DNA of 64,000 nt from an uncultured delta proteobacterium (GTDB lineage: Bacteria > Desulfobacterota > Desulfobacteria > Desulfobacterales > QNYZ01): contig CAWJQU010000001.1 in assembly GCA_963845145.1 (NCBI GenBank), forward strand, positions 224,001 to 288,000. The letters are read 5' to 3'. Positions 41,833 to 53,003 of this stretch are shown in pieces. The notes below the pieces were generated by a model. It had not been told where the DNA came from and did not search any database. It saw only the letters and a list, made by a program, of their open reading frames with translations. A program made the position numbers and the translations under genes. Position 1 is the stretch's first letter, and each line of letters begins with the position of its first letter.

Positions 41833-42618
41833 ATGAATCAGATGACACGTATATGCCTTGCAAGTATCCTTTTTTTGGTATGCGCCATTCCGGCTTTCGG
41901 CCACTTCGGCATGGTGATCCCTTCAGACAATATGGTAATGCCAAATGAGAAGCGGGCCATAACCTTGCAGCTCTCTTTTAGCCATCCCATGGAAATGGTC
42001 GGCATGGAACTGGCCAAACCGAAGATCTTCAATGTCGTCACCGGAGACAAACAAGCCGATTTGATTTCTAACCTGAAACCGATCCGCGTAATGAATCAAT
42101 CTGCCTGGCAACTGGACTATCCCATCAAGCGCCCCGGTGTGTATACCTTCTACATGGAACCCCAACCCTACTGGGAACCGTCGGAAGACCTGTTTATCAT
42201 CCACTACACCAAGACCGTTGTAACCGCTTTTGGCGATGATGAAGGCTGGGATCGGGAAATCGGCTTAAAAACCGAAATCGTGCCGCTGTCAAAACCGTAT
42301 GGCCTTTACACCGGCAATCTGTTCCAGGGGATTGTCAAATTCAATGGAAAACCGGTTCCCTATGCCGAAGTCGAGGTTGAGTATTACAATCGCGGCCATG
42401 CGTCCCAGGCCCCCACCGATTACATGATTACCCAAACCATTAAAGCGGACCAAAACGGTGTTTTTACCTATGCCGTGCCCAAACAGGGCTGGTGGGGATT
42501 TGCGGCCCTAAGCGAGGCGGACTTTACCCTAAAAGGCCCATCCGGGGATGAAAAAGCGGTGGAACTGGGTGCGGTTATCTGGGTTCATTTCGAGTCTTGG
42601 CAGGAGAAATCAAAATGA
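41833..42618 (+). CDS. DUF4198 family periplasmic protein (nickel/cobalt uptake associated)
   Basis: signal peptide leaving N-terminal His (HFGMVIPS); [30 protein letters not shown]. Confidence 0.88.
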   Translation: MNQMTRICLASILFLVCAIPAFGHFGMVIPSDNMVMPNEKRAITLQLSFSHPMEMVGMELAKPKIFNVVTGDKQADLISNLKPIRVMNQSAWQLDYPIKRPGVYTFYMEPQPYWEPSEDLFIIHYTKTVVTAFGDDEGWDREIGLKTEIVPLSKPYGLYTGNLFQGIVKFNGKPVPYAEVEVEYYNRGHASQAPTDYMITQTIKADQNGVFTYAVPKQGWWGFAALSEADFTLKGPSGDEKAVELGAVIWVHFESWQEKSK

Positions 42619-43721
42619 AAAATATTGCGGTAATGGTGCTCATCGTTCTTTTCTTTTTATGTAGCCATGACCTTTTTGCCGCTCAAAATATAACCGTAAC
42701 CGATGCCACCGGCAGGTCAGTATCGGTTCCCATCAGGGTAACCAGGCTGATCTGTTCCGGCCCCGGGGCCTTGCGATTATTGACCTATTTAGGCGCCCAG
42801 GATCTCATCGTGGCCGTGGACGACATTGAGATCAGAAAAAACCATTTTGATGCCCGGCCTTATGCTTTGGCCAATCCCGAATTCAAAAACTACCCAATCT
42901 TCGGCGGATTCCGCGGGTTTGATCACCCGGAACTGATTCTGGCACTTGAAAAACAACCCCAGGTCATCTTTAAAACCTTCGCAAACTCAGGTCATGACCC
43001 CATCGAGCTTCAGGAAAAAACCGGTATTCCCACCATCGTCCTCGAATACGGTAACCTAGACACGCATCGGGAACAGTTTTTCCGGAGCCTGCGTATCATG
43101 GGTAAAATCGTTGGGAAAAAGGAGCGGGCCGAAAAAATCATCGAATTCTTCAATACGGCCATCAACGATCTGGTTTCACGCACGAAAGACATTCCCGAAT
43201 CTGAAAAAAAAACCTGCTTCGTGGGCGGTATCGCCTATAAAGGTCCCCATGGTTTTGCCTCCACCGAACCGGGTTATCCACCATTCGTGTTCGTCCATGC
43301 GGCGAACCCGGCCTATGACAAATCCTTGATGGGCAAGGCCTCCCGCCAGGTTACCGTGGCCAAAGAGCAACTTCTATCGTGGGACCCGGATATACTCTTT
43401 CTGGACCTCTCTACTTTAAAACTCGAGGGCAAAGCCTCCGGATTGTGGGAAATCCGAAATGATCCGGCCCTTAAGATCCTTACAGCGGTTCAACTCGGAC
43501 GGGTTTATGGCGTATTGCCGTACAACTGGTACACCAAAAATTACGGGTCCATTTTGGCCGACGCTTACTTTATCGGCAAGATCCTCTATCCCGAACGATT
43601 TACGGATATCGAGCCAACCGCCAAGGCCGATGAGATTTATGAATTTTTAGTGGGCAAGCCGGTGTTCAATGAAATGAACGCCCTATTTCAAGGCAAAGCT
43701 TTTAAGGCCATCGTGGAGTAA
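42615..43721 (+). CDS. iron/cobalamin-type ABC transporter substrate-binding protein
   Basis: [12 protein letters not shown]...[21 protein letters not shown]. Confidence 0.88.
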   Translation: MKNIAVMVLIVLFFLCSHDLFAAQNITVTDATGRSVSVPIRVTRLICSGPGALRLLTYLGAQDLIVAVDDIEIRKNHFDARPYALANPEFKNYPIFGGFRGFDHPELILALEKQPQVIFKTFANSGHDPIELQEKTGIPTIVLEYGNLDTHREQFFRSLRIMGKIVGKKERAEKIIEFFNTAINDLVSRTKDIPESEKKTCFVGGIAYKGPHGFASTEPGYPPFVFVHAANPAYDKSLMGKASRQVTVAKEQLLSWDPDILFLDLSTLKLEGKASGLWEIRNDPALKILTAVQLGRVYGVLPYNWYTKNYGSILADAYFIGKILYPERFTDIEPTAKADEIYEFLVGKPVFNEMNALFQGKAFKAIVE

Positions 43722-43724
43722 CCC

Positions 43725-44795
43725 ATGCATTTGGCAGATGGACAGGTGCCACGGGAATATGGCCGCTATGTCAACTTCAAACTCAGGTTCATGGGGCTGA
43801 CCTTCGTGTCCCTGATCCTGGGGCTGGCCATCGCCCTGTCATTGGGTGCGACTGGGATAAGCCTTTCTGTAGTTGCTAAAACCCTGGTGGGCATGAGCGT
43901 TTCCAAACGAATCGATATGATTGTTTGGAACATCCGCATGCCCCAGGCTTTGGCAGCGATTGTGGCCGGTGCCGGCCTGTCCGTTGCGGGCGCCGCCATG
44001 CAGTCGATACTTCGCAATCCATTGGGATCGCCGTTTACCCTGGGCATATCCCAGGCCGCGGCCTTTGGTGCGGCCTTCGCAGTCATGATTCTGGATTCGG
44101 GCGTGATGCAAAGCACCAACCTCGGATCGGTTACGATTACCAACCCTTACATAACCACGGCTCTGGCCTATATCTTCAGTATGCTTGCCGCCGGCGTGAT
44201 TGTCATGGTTTCACGGACACGCGGCGCCACGCCCGAAGTGATGGTGCTGACAGGTGTGGCCCTGGGCGGATTGTTCACTGCCGGAGCCATGTTCCTGCAA
44301 TATTTCGCGGACGACGTGCAGCTGGCAGCCATGGTATTCTGGACCTTTGGGGATACGGCACGTGCCAGCTGGCGTGAGTTGGGCCTACTTGCCACGATCA
44401 CCACACTCGGGTCGGCCTACCTACTCTCCCGGAGTTGGGATTACAACGCGATAGATGCCGGCGATGAAACCGCCAAGGGGTTAGGTGTTCGCGTGGAAAG
44501 AATACGCCTGACCGGTATGCTCGCGGCATCGCTGGTCACGGCTGCAATCGTATCTTTTCTGGGGATCATCGGATTCGTCGGGCTAGTCGTTCCGCATATG
44601 GTCAGACGAATCATCGGAGGAGATAATCGTTTTCTCATGCCGGCCACAATCATTTGCGGCTCTCTATTAATACTCATCGCAGATACGGTCGCACGGTTGA
44701 TGTTGGCACCGCACGTAATACCCGTGTCCATCCTCACCGCCTTTATGGGAGCACCGGTATTCATCTACTTAATCGTGCGGGGGGGAAGAAAATAA
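43725..44795 (+). CDS. FecCD/BtuC family ABC permease
   Basis: IRMPQ, MQSILRNPL.SPFTLGIS, GIIGFVGLVVPH. Confidence 0.93.
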   Translation: MHLADGQVPREYGRYVNFKLRFMGLTFVSLILGLAIALSLGATGISLSVVAKTLVGMSVSKRIDMIVWNIRMPQALAAIVAGAGLSVAGAAMQSILRNPLGSPFTLGISQAAAFGAAFAVMILDSGVMQSTNLGSVTITNPYITTALAYIFSMLAAGVIVMVSRTRGATPEVMVLTGVALGGLFTAGAMFLQYFADDVQLAAMVFWTFGDTARASWRELGLLATITTLGSAYLLSRSWDYNAIDAGDETAKGLGVRVERIRLTGMLAASLVTAAIVSFLGIIGFVGLVVPHMVRRIIGGDNRFLMPATIICGSLLILIADTVARLMLAPHVIPVSILTAFMGAPVFIYLIVRGGRK

Positions 44796-45550
44796 TGCTT
44801 GATGTCGCCGGCCTCACCTTTACCTATAACAGCCATCCCGTACTCGACGGTATTGATTTTTCCCTTCCACCGGGAAAGCTCCTTGCGGTACTCGGCCCCA
44901 ATGGCGCAGGAAAAACGACTTTATTAAAATGCATTAATGCCATACACCGTCCCGCCAAAGGTGCGGTGTACGTGGATAGAAAAGACGTTCTCGCCCTATC
45001 GCCCATGGCAGTCGCCCGCAAAGTCGGCTACGTCGCCCAACAAAACGAAACCGCCCGCGTCACGGCATTTGATGCCGTACTCATGGGTCGACGGCCCCAT
45101 GTGCGATGGGGCGTGTCTAAGCATGACCTCAAAATCGTGGATGCAGCCCTGAAACGACTCGGCCTCACGGACCTGTCCATGCGCTACATCGACGAGATGA
45201 GCGGTGGTGAGCTACAAAAAGTGGCCATTGCCCGCGCACTGGTTCAGGAGCCCGGACTGATGCTTTTGGACGAACCCACTTCCAGTCTGGATCTTAAAAA
45301 TCAAGTGGAGATCCTGGAAACCATCCGCCAGTTGGTTGCCGACCATGGTGTAGCGGCGGTAATGACCATGCACGACCTGAATACGGCCCTTCGTTTTGCC
45401 GACCAATGCATCTTTTTAAAAAAGGGACAGATCTTCTACGCCGGATCCGCACACGCGGTTGACGCTAACGTGATTGAGGAAGTATATGGACTACCGGTCG
45501 ATGTCTACCGACATGGAAGGCGATTGATAGTAACCCCAAAAGAGCGATAA
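44795..45550 (+). CDS. FecE/BtuD-type ABC ATPase
   Basis: GPNGAGKTT, MSGGELQK, LDEPTSSLD, HDLN. Confidence 0.92.
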   Translation: MLDVAGLTFTYNSHPVLDGIDFSLPPGKLLAVLGPNGAGKTTLLKCINAIHRPAKGAVYVDRKDVLALSPMAVARKVGYVAQQNETARVTAFDAVLMGRRPHVRWGVSKHDLKIVDAALKRLGLTDLSMRYIDEMSGGELQKVAIARALVQEPGLMLLDEPTSSLDLKNQVEILETIRQLVADHGVAAVMTMHDLNTALRFADQCIFLKKGQIFYAGSAHAVDANVIEEVYGLPVDVYRHGRRLIVTPKER

Positions 45551-45565
45551 CCCGGAGGACAACCC

Positions 45566-46177
45566 ATGACCAGCAAATACCCAAAAGAGACCATCACCGA
45601 TGTTATCCGCTTTCACGGCCATTCCTGTCCAGGCCTGTGTATCGGAATCAGGGCTTCAGAACTGGCCGGGAGAGAACTCGGCGACATACCGGATGCGCAG
45701 ATGGTATGCATCACCGAAACCGATATGTGTGGTGTTGACGCGGTTCAGTACCTCACCGGTTGCACCTTCGGCAAAGGCAACCTGATCCACAGAGATTACG
45801 GCAAAATGGCTTTCACCTTTTTCGATCGTAAAAGCGGGCGGGGATTCCGGTGTCTGCTAAAACCGGATGCCCGGGGCGACATGGCCGGAGAAATGTCTTC
45901 CCTGCACACCAAGATCGCCTCCGGCGAAGCGAGCGAAGCCGAAAAAACACGTTGTGATGAACTCAGGCGGCAAATAAAAGAACAACTCATGCAGGCCGAA
46001 CTGGATGCCCTTTTCGATGTCATGGTTCCTAACGAACCAATGCCCACGGGCGCCCGGATTTTGGAAAGCCTCACCTGTGAAACCTGCGGTGAAGCCACCA
46101 TGGAATCCCGCACCCGCCGTTTTGCTGGAAAAACGCTTTGCAAGCCCTGCTTTTACAAGGTGGAGCAGAAACGTTGA
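45566..46177 (+). CDS. FmdE family protein with C-terminal zinc finger
   Basis: FHGHSCPG, C.VDAVQ..TGCTFGKGNL, CETC..CKPC. Confidence 0.92.
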   Translation: MTSKYPKETITDVIRFHGHSCPGLCIGIRASELAGRELGDIPDAQMVCITETDMCGVDAVQYLTGCTFGKGNLIHRDYGKMAFTFFDRKSGRGFRCLLKPDARGDMAGEMSSLHTKIASGEASEAEKTRCDELRRQIKEQLMQAELDALFDVMVPNEPMPTGARILESLTCETCGEATMESRTRRFAGKTLCKPCFYKVEQKR

Positions 46178-46191
46178 TGAAATTACGAATC

Positions 46192-46323
46192 TCAGATTCG
46201 GTTAAGATTATAGGAGATGAAGTTCCCAGGAGAGAGTGCCGTTTCAATGGTCTGTTCGAGCGGATCGATCTGCTTTCGCTTACCGGGGCTTATGTTCCGC
46301 CTCTCATTTTTATTTATTTTCAT
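46192..46323 (-). pseudogene. truncated 5' gene fragment
   Basis: GAGG RBS, MKINKNERR..DPLEQTIETALSPGNFISYN then abrupt end. Confidence 0.35.
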
Positions 46324-46416
46324 GATCCTCACAGATAGCCTTTCTTTTCACCTCATCAATGAGGAACCGTATGCCCTGGTTGTCCGGCTGGTTTGGCCAA
46401 AGCATCTCCAAATCAT

Positions 46417-47572
46417 TTATTGATTCCTCCAGATGCCAGCCTTCACCAAACGTTGAATCAGCGCTTTGCGCTGCAAGTGACCGGCCATGAATTTTTTCAA
46501 TTTTGTTTGAAATTGTTTCTTGGTTGAAAAAAGGGCATAGGCCTCGGCAATGTCGACAAGGGCGTGGCAGGCCTCGTCATAACCCCGCCCCGATCCGCGT
46601 TCGACGGGTCTCCCGGACCGACTCCCAGGCGTTGGAAAAATCGTTGGATAGGTTCTTCAAATACGCCTTGCGCTCCTTGCGGCGCTTGATCTCTTGCCGC
46701 TTGCGGTCTCGTTTCTGCTTTTCCTGCAGGATTAGTCGGGCCTTTTCGGCATTCTGTAGCAATTCTCCCACCGTGCGGCGGGACGTGGCGGTTTGGTCGA
46801 TCTGCACGCCGCGTCGCCATGACACGAATCGGTTCTTGATCGACCTTTCAGCCTGGTGCCCCTTGCCGGCCAGAAGCTGTTTCAGGACCGCCGTCATATC
46901 CTCCCGGGACAAACGATCGATCCATTCATCCATTTCCTTCTGTGAAAATACCTCGTCCTGGACGGCCGGGCTTCCAATTCCGGCACCCGCCAACAGCTCC
47001 GGCCCCACCTCCAGAAACTCCGACAGCGCCTGTTGGGCCGCCGTCAGGTTTCCCAGTCCATTCACGACCAAAGGTTCCATCTCAGCGTCATCCATCTTTT
47101 CCCCGGCTACGGCCGCCAGCCATCCGATATAAAGGCTACGGATATCACCGCGGAGCAACTCGTCACGCACCGGTGCCAATCGCACCATCCAGCCCCGGCC
47201 ATCCTCCATCCCGAAGCGGTCGTAATTTTGGGATTCCTCCAAATACCAAGTGATGACCCAATGGGTTTTGGTGGCTTTGAAATCTAGAATGTAGCGTACC
47301 GCCATAGCTTCGACGGTTTTCTTTGACAGCGCTTCAATTGGCACGCGCACCATGAAAATGGCCGTCATCCAGTTGGCCACATAGACATGGGCATCGAAAA
47401 AACGCTGCATCAGCTTATCCGGATTGCCTTTGAAATCACCCCAGTTGTATTCATTGATAAAACTGACGGGTGTAATGCGAGCCCGGCTCGACATCTCCCG
47501 CAAGACCGCCGTCTCCTCCACCGTCAGTGGCCGGTCGATGGCCAAAAATTCGTAATATTGATATTCACTCAT
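46417..47572 (-). CDS. conserved hypothetical protein (MSEYQYYEF family), +1 frameshift near 46607
   Basis: ORF 46577-47572; removing one C continues VERGSGRGYDEAC..RKALIQRLVKAG to TAA at 46417. Confidence 0.75.
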
Positions 47573-47752
47573 AACAGATTACCTTTTAAAGCTGTGCGGC
47601 CGGAAATACAAAATCGTCTCCCTGATGAAAATAGATCCGGCCGTAAAGTTACTGGTTTTCAATCAGGGGCTTAACCTCAGTAACCCTTTCGAGCCACTCA
47701 AGTCGTTAATGGATACCGGCTTGCATGGGACACGAAGACAAAGGCAACTTAA

Positions 47753-48568
47753 TTAGGCATCACTTTCATCAAATGCATCACTCGATAGCACCTCGGCCAT
47801 TGCCATGGCTTCATGGGCTGCCTCGACGATCTCCTCGTCTCCGGAGTTGGTCAGATCCATCAGAATCGCGCCTGCTTCCTGTGGGCGAATGCCCACCACG
47901 GCGTCAATAGCGGCCAGCAGTAGCGGTTTGTCGGTCACTGGTGTGCGGACAAGTCTTGATATGTAGGCCCAGGCTGCATCAACCGCCCAATTACCGGCTG
48001 CACAAATGGCTTGGTAATGGATATCCGGGTTGTTGCTTTCAAGCGCTTCGAGAATCTGATTATCAAACCCACGGATCCAGCGCATCGAAAATACCGCTGT
48101 CAAACGCCAATCCTCATCATCACGGGAATAGGCCGTCTGAATGGCATCCTCATGCCAGTCCTGGGATGCACGAACCGATGCCTCCAGTATCTGTCTTCGA
48201 ACGTTTTCAGGCACCGTGACGTCCCGATAGAGACGATGAAGCGATTCCTGGATATTGTAAAATGTATCCTCGGAGATTGGCACATCATCCGGATCATCAA
48301 ATCCGTCCATATCGGCGTGATCGAGAACCGGCCCCAGAGCTATGGCAGCTTTGCCACGGAGTTTTTCTGATTCATTTTCGCTCCCAATAATGAATAGTAG
48401 CGCATCAACCAGATCATCATTGATCACGGTAAAATCGCCGGCCAGCTCCGCAGCAAGAATGCGGTTGGTCGTATCGGCTTGGCTATCTAAGAGAATCTCA
48501 AGAAACGCTTTGCTGGTGTCTTCCGGCCATTCCCAAGGAGGCATCTCCTTCAATCTGTTCAGATCCAT
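47753..48568 (-). CDS. HEAT-repeat-like acidic protein
   Basis: repeated helical units (LRGKAAIALG, VRRQILEA, WRLTAVFSM). Confidence 0.7.
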   Translation of the reverse strand: MDLNRLKEMPPWEWPEDTSKAFLEILLDSQADTTNRILAAELAGDFTVINDDLVDALLFIIGSENESEKLRGKAAIALGPVLDHADMDGFDDPDDVPISEDTFYNIQESLHRLYRDVTVPENVRRQILEASVRASQDWHEDAIQTAYSRDDEDWRLTAVFSMRWIRGFDNQILEALESNNPDIHYQAICAAGNWAVDAAWAYISRLVRTPVTDKPLLLAAIDAVVGIRPQEAGAILMDLTNSGDEEIVEAAHEAMAMAEVLSSDAFDESDA

Positions 48569-48591
48569 TATATCCCTCGCGCGTTGTGTTA

Positions 48592-48880
<289 letters not shown>

Positions 48881-49021
48881 CTCGTTTCGCAGGTTCCGAG
48901 AAAAGGGATTCAGCCGAAAGATGACAAAGCCTTTTTCCCCTAAACAGTCTCGCTTCGATCTGCTTGCAAGGGAATTGATTCCCCCGATTTAACATAATAC
49001 GGAGAATTATCAAGAAATTTG

Positions 49022-49279
49022 CCGTTTTCAAAGTTGGTTTGGATCCTTTCCCGCTTTTTGCCCGACTCAAAAAGTTGTTCCCGTTTCATTATCTCTGAGC
49101 AAATGGCATATTATTCAGAATGAATCAGGAGCCATGGACCTTTTTTGTTTGTGGGTATACCTTTGGGATCCGGATTCTTCTGAGTTGTGACGGTTAAGGC
49201 GTTTTGGCAGGTCAACGGTTTGGCCTTTGTAGTGTTTTCCGGAAGTATGGTTTTAAAGAATGTAAACCCGATATGGCAT
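49022..49279 (-). pseudogene. degenerate GIY-YIG nuclease gene, paralog of 54550-54807
   Basis: MPYRVYIL*NHTSGKHYKGQT..RLNRHN..GSQRYTHKQKG; TAA at codon 9. Confidence 0.85.
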
Positions 49280-49513
49280 TTCAACCTCACCTCAAAAAAA
49301 GGGTCCAGTGCTTCTGTGGCTTTAAAAAATTATGCTCAGAACAGAGTACGTCATTGTTTGATTTGATTTCCAAATTAACAATTGATTGAAATGATGGGTG
49401 GAGGCACGCAATGCACGCCTCACGATAAGAATTGACCAAATAGAGTACGTACAATATATTGGAAGTAGAATATATTCGGATTTCGGGATGGTACACAAAT
49501 ATTCCATGAATCA

Positions 49514-51057
49514 ATGTATATGGTTAAAGCTAACATGTTTCAAAGAATTGCCGATTTATGCCAGCCCGCCATCCAGCTTACCAAAGGTATCATCCTCATC
49601 TTGGATCAGGATGGGAAAATTATTAGTTTTAATGAATTTCTGGAGTCAACCACGGGATATTCGTATTCAGAGCTGACCCAAAAAAATTGGTTTGATCTGC
49701 TTCTGCCCGAGAAGGAAAAGGACTCGGCAAAGCGATATTTTCGGCGTTTCATTCTTAGAGGCAAGTCGCCAATAAATATTGTCACTCAGGATAATTACCC
49801 GTACAGGCGAAGAACGCTTTATCGAATGGCACTACAAGCGACTTGAGGATGACGCTTCGGGAGTTGTCATCGGGTTGTTGGCAATCGGTCAGGATGTATC
49901 AGAACGTGTTGAACACGAAAAGCAGCTCTTGAATGAGCGAAATCAACTGATCGAAAGAAACAAGGAACTCACCTGTCTTTATAGCATGGCAAAGATTGTG
50001 GGGCAAAACAAGCCCCTTCCCCAAATGCTGGAGTCCATCGCCGCTATTATTCCTCCGGCGTTTCAATACCCGGCGATCACTACGGCCATTATCCGCTTGG
50101 ATCAGCCAGTTCATATGGCGGTCGCGATACGGCAATAAATGGGCCTGACCCTGACCGAAAACCTGGTTATTCAGAGGATTCGACGGGGAAACATTGAGGT
50201 AATTTACTCGCCTCCAAAAAATGGTCACAAACCGAGTAAAACGCCCTTTCTCGATGAAGAACGCGCGCTCCTGAGAACCATTGCTCACCATCTTTCACTG
50301 GCCATCGAGAAAAAGGAAGCGCTCGATATTAAAGCCGAGATAGAAAATCAGTTGCGGCATTCAGATCGACTTGCAAAAATCGGTCAGTTGACTGCCGGTG
50401 TGGCTCACGAACTAAATGAGCCCCTTGGAAATATCCTTGGTTTTGCCCAACTATCGTCAAAGGCTACTGATCTTCCAGAACAAGTCTATAGTGATCTGGA
50501 CAATATTATTAAGGCCGCTTTGCATGCCAGGGAAGTCATTAAAAAACTGATGTTTTTCAGTCGTCAGACCCCGCCACGGGAAACCCTGGTGAATCTGAAC
50601 CGACTGATTGAAGACGGTATTTATCTGTTTGAGTCACGATGTGCTAAGAATGGAATTATAGTGATAAAAAAACTTTGCCAGGATTTGCCGGCCATAAAAG
50701 CCGATCTGTCCCAGTTGCAGCAGGTTTTTACCAACCTGATCGTCAATGCGCTTCAGGCCATGCCTGAAGAAGGTACGCTGAGCATTGAAACCTCGTGTGA
50801 CGATAGACCATGTTTACTTGCTGGTTCAGGACTCCGGCATCGGTATGACTCAGGAAACATTAAAACAAATTTTTCTGCCGTTCTTTACAACCAAGGATAT
50901 CAAACAGGGAACCGGTCTGGGGCTTTCTGTGGTTCACGGCATCGTTAAGTCCCATGGCGGCAGTATTGACGTGGAGAGCCGTATCGGGCATGGCGCCAGC
51001 TTCCGGATCAAATTTCCACTGAGAAGGTTATCCCCGGAGGAAAAGAATGAATCATAA
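49514..51057 (+). CDS. PAS sensor histidine kinase, several 1-nt frameshifts
   Basis: PAS; AGVAHELNEPL H-box; QVFTNLIVNA N-box; DSGIG, PFFTTK, GTGLGL spread over four ORFs. Confidence 0.85.
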
Positions 51058-52405
51058 AAAAATAGTGCAAAACAGAGCCAAGATTCTGGTAGTCGATGAT
51101 TCGGCACTCACCTTGGAAGTTATCCAAAGAAACCTCGAAGCTGCCGGCTATGAAGTCTTCACCGCATCAAGCGTGGAACAGGCGATTGCCTTCTTGGAAC
51201 AAGATCGGTGGACCTGGTCATCACCGATATAAAAATGCCTAAAATCAGCGGTTTGGAGCTGCTTAAATATGTGAAAGAAAATGTAAAGGGAACGGAAATA
51301 ATGATCATCACCGGCTATCCGTCCATTAAAGGTGCGGTGGAGGCGGTTAAAGACGGTGCTGAAGATTATCTGGTAAAACCCTTTACGGATGAAGAGTTAT
51401 TGTCGGCTGTTTCCAAGATGCTCGAGAAACTGGCAAACCGCCGTGCTGTTGAAGCGAAGCTACCGCCAAGTAGCCACAATATTATTGGCAATTCCCCGGG
51501 CATGCAGCATGTATACCGACTCATTGAAAAGGCCGCCGCCACAAAAGTCAACGTGTTGATTTCAGGAGAGAGCGGAACAGGTAAGGAATTGGTGGCGCGC
51601 GCCATCCATTACAGTAATAAATCTGTTTCAGGTCCTTTTGTCACCGTCAACTGTACAGCAATTCCAGATAGCCTTCATAGAAAGTGAGCTTTTCGGCCAT
51701 GTCAAAGGGGCCTTCACAGGAGCGCAAACCTCCCGAGCCGGTTTTTTCCAGATTGCCGACGGAGGGACAATCTTTCTAGATGAAATCGGGGATGCCAGCC
51801 TGAGTATGCAAGGAAAACTGCTGCGGGCTATTCAAAACAAGGAAATTTTCATGGTGGGGTCCAGCCGCGTTCAAAAAATCGACACACGAATCATAGCGGC
51901 AACCAATACGAATCTGATCCGTCTCGTCAAAAAGGGCCTCTTCCGGGAGGACCTTTATTTTCGACTGAATATCGTTGAAATTTCTTTGCCGCCTCTGCAC
52001 GAACGTTGCGAGGATATCCTGCCACTGATTCAGCATTTTACAGAAAAACTTTCAAGGGATTTGAACCGCCCGGCGCCCCAATTCTCAGACAGGGCCCTTA
52101 AGATATTTAAAACTTATCGTTGGCAGGGGAATGTCCGGGAGCTTGAAAACATCGTCCAGCGTCTGGTGGTTCTGGCTGGTAATGATTTAATCGATGTTGC
52201 GGATCTTCCTGAACAAATGCGTTTTAACATCAACTGGCGCAAAGGCATTAATCGGCCCTTAGCCGAGGTTGAAGCCGAACATATTAAGAATGTGTTAAAC
52301 AGTGTCAAAGGAAACAAAACTCAAGCAGCCCAGATTTTGGGGATTGACCGGAAAACCCTTCGGACAAAATTACAGCGGGCAAATCGGTCACCCGATATCG
52401 GGTAG
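51047..52405 (+). CDS. NtrC-family sigma-54 response regulator, two frameshifts
   Basis: receiver (VVDD, TDIKMP), [14 protein letters not shown], Fis-type HTH over three ORFs. Confidence 0.88.
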
Positions 52406-52577
52406 TTTTACCCCGCTGAAGCATTCCTCCCCGATTTTTTCTCACCCTCATCAACTTCTTCCACGTGCGGGTCGCCGTAACATCCTTTCGCTTGACCTGA
52501 TGTATCTATCTGGTATTCCAAATCATTCAGTTTAGAGGGCCACGCCGACCAATGTTTTCCAACCCCCTTTTTCATTA

Positions 52578-52593
52578 TGGTATGAAGATTGCT
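52578..52593 (+). promoter_or_regulatory. sigma-54 (-24/-12) promoter
   Basis: TGGTAT-N5-TTGCT downstream of the activator gene; palindrome GGGTAGTTTTACCC near 52400 may be the enhancer. Confidence 0.7.
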
Positions 52594-52661
52594 CTATATA
52601 GGCGTAACGATAATTCTTTTTTTAACATAAAAAACCAAATTCAAAAATGAGGGGGGTGTGT

Positions 52662-52851
52662 ATGAAAACTCCAATCGGTGGCCGAAAGCGATAAGGTCTA
52701 TTCAGAGGAACGATTGTCTCAATCTTCCAGGCCCGGCATTGAGGTGATTCCCGGAAGGATGAAAGGATTGTGTATTAACTGTGACAACCGAACTTCTTGT
52801 GAGTTTTCTATCGTGGAAGGTGGCGTTTGGCACTGCGAAGAATATTGTTGA
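52662..52851 (+). CDS. small Cys-rich protein not in ORF track
   Basis: reads ..MKGLCINCDNRTSCEFSIVEGGVWHCEEYC*; ATG at 52662 is off-frame by one base, so start is uncertain. Confidence 0.65.
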
Positions 52852-53003
52852 TAAATACTGACAGGGTGATAGAACTCTCCAGGGTGGATCTATGCCCGGT
52901 TTCATCAATCTTTAGAAAATAATCGGAAATCCGTTTGCATCCACATTCTGCCGGTTTTTCGCCAAAAAAACTGGGCTACAAATACTAATTAGGAGAATAA
53001 AAA

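Noticed and set aside
50136..50141. Stop-codon readthrough in the histidine kinase
   Set aside because: TAA is not a recoding codon; compensating indels nearby explain it
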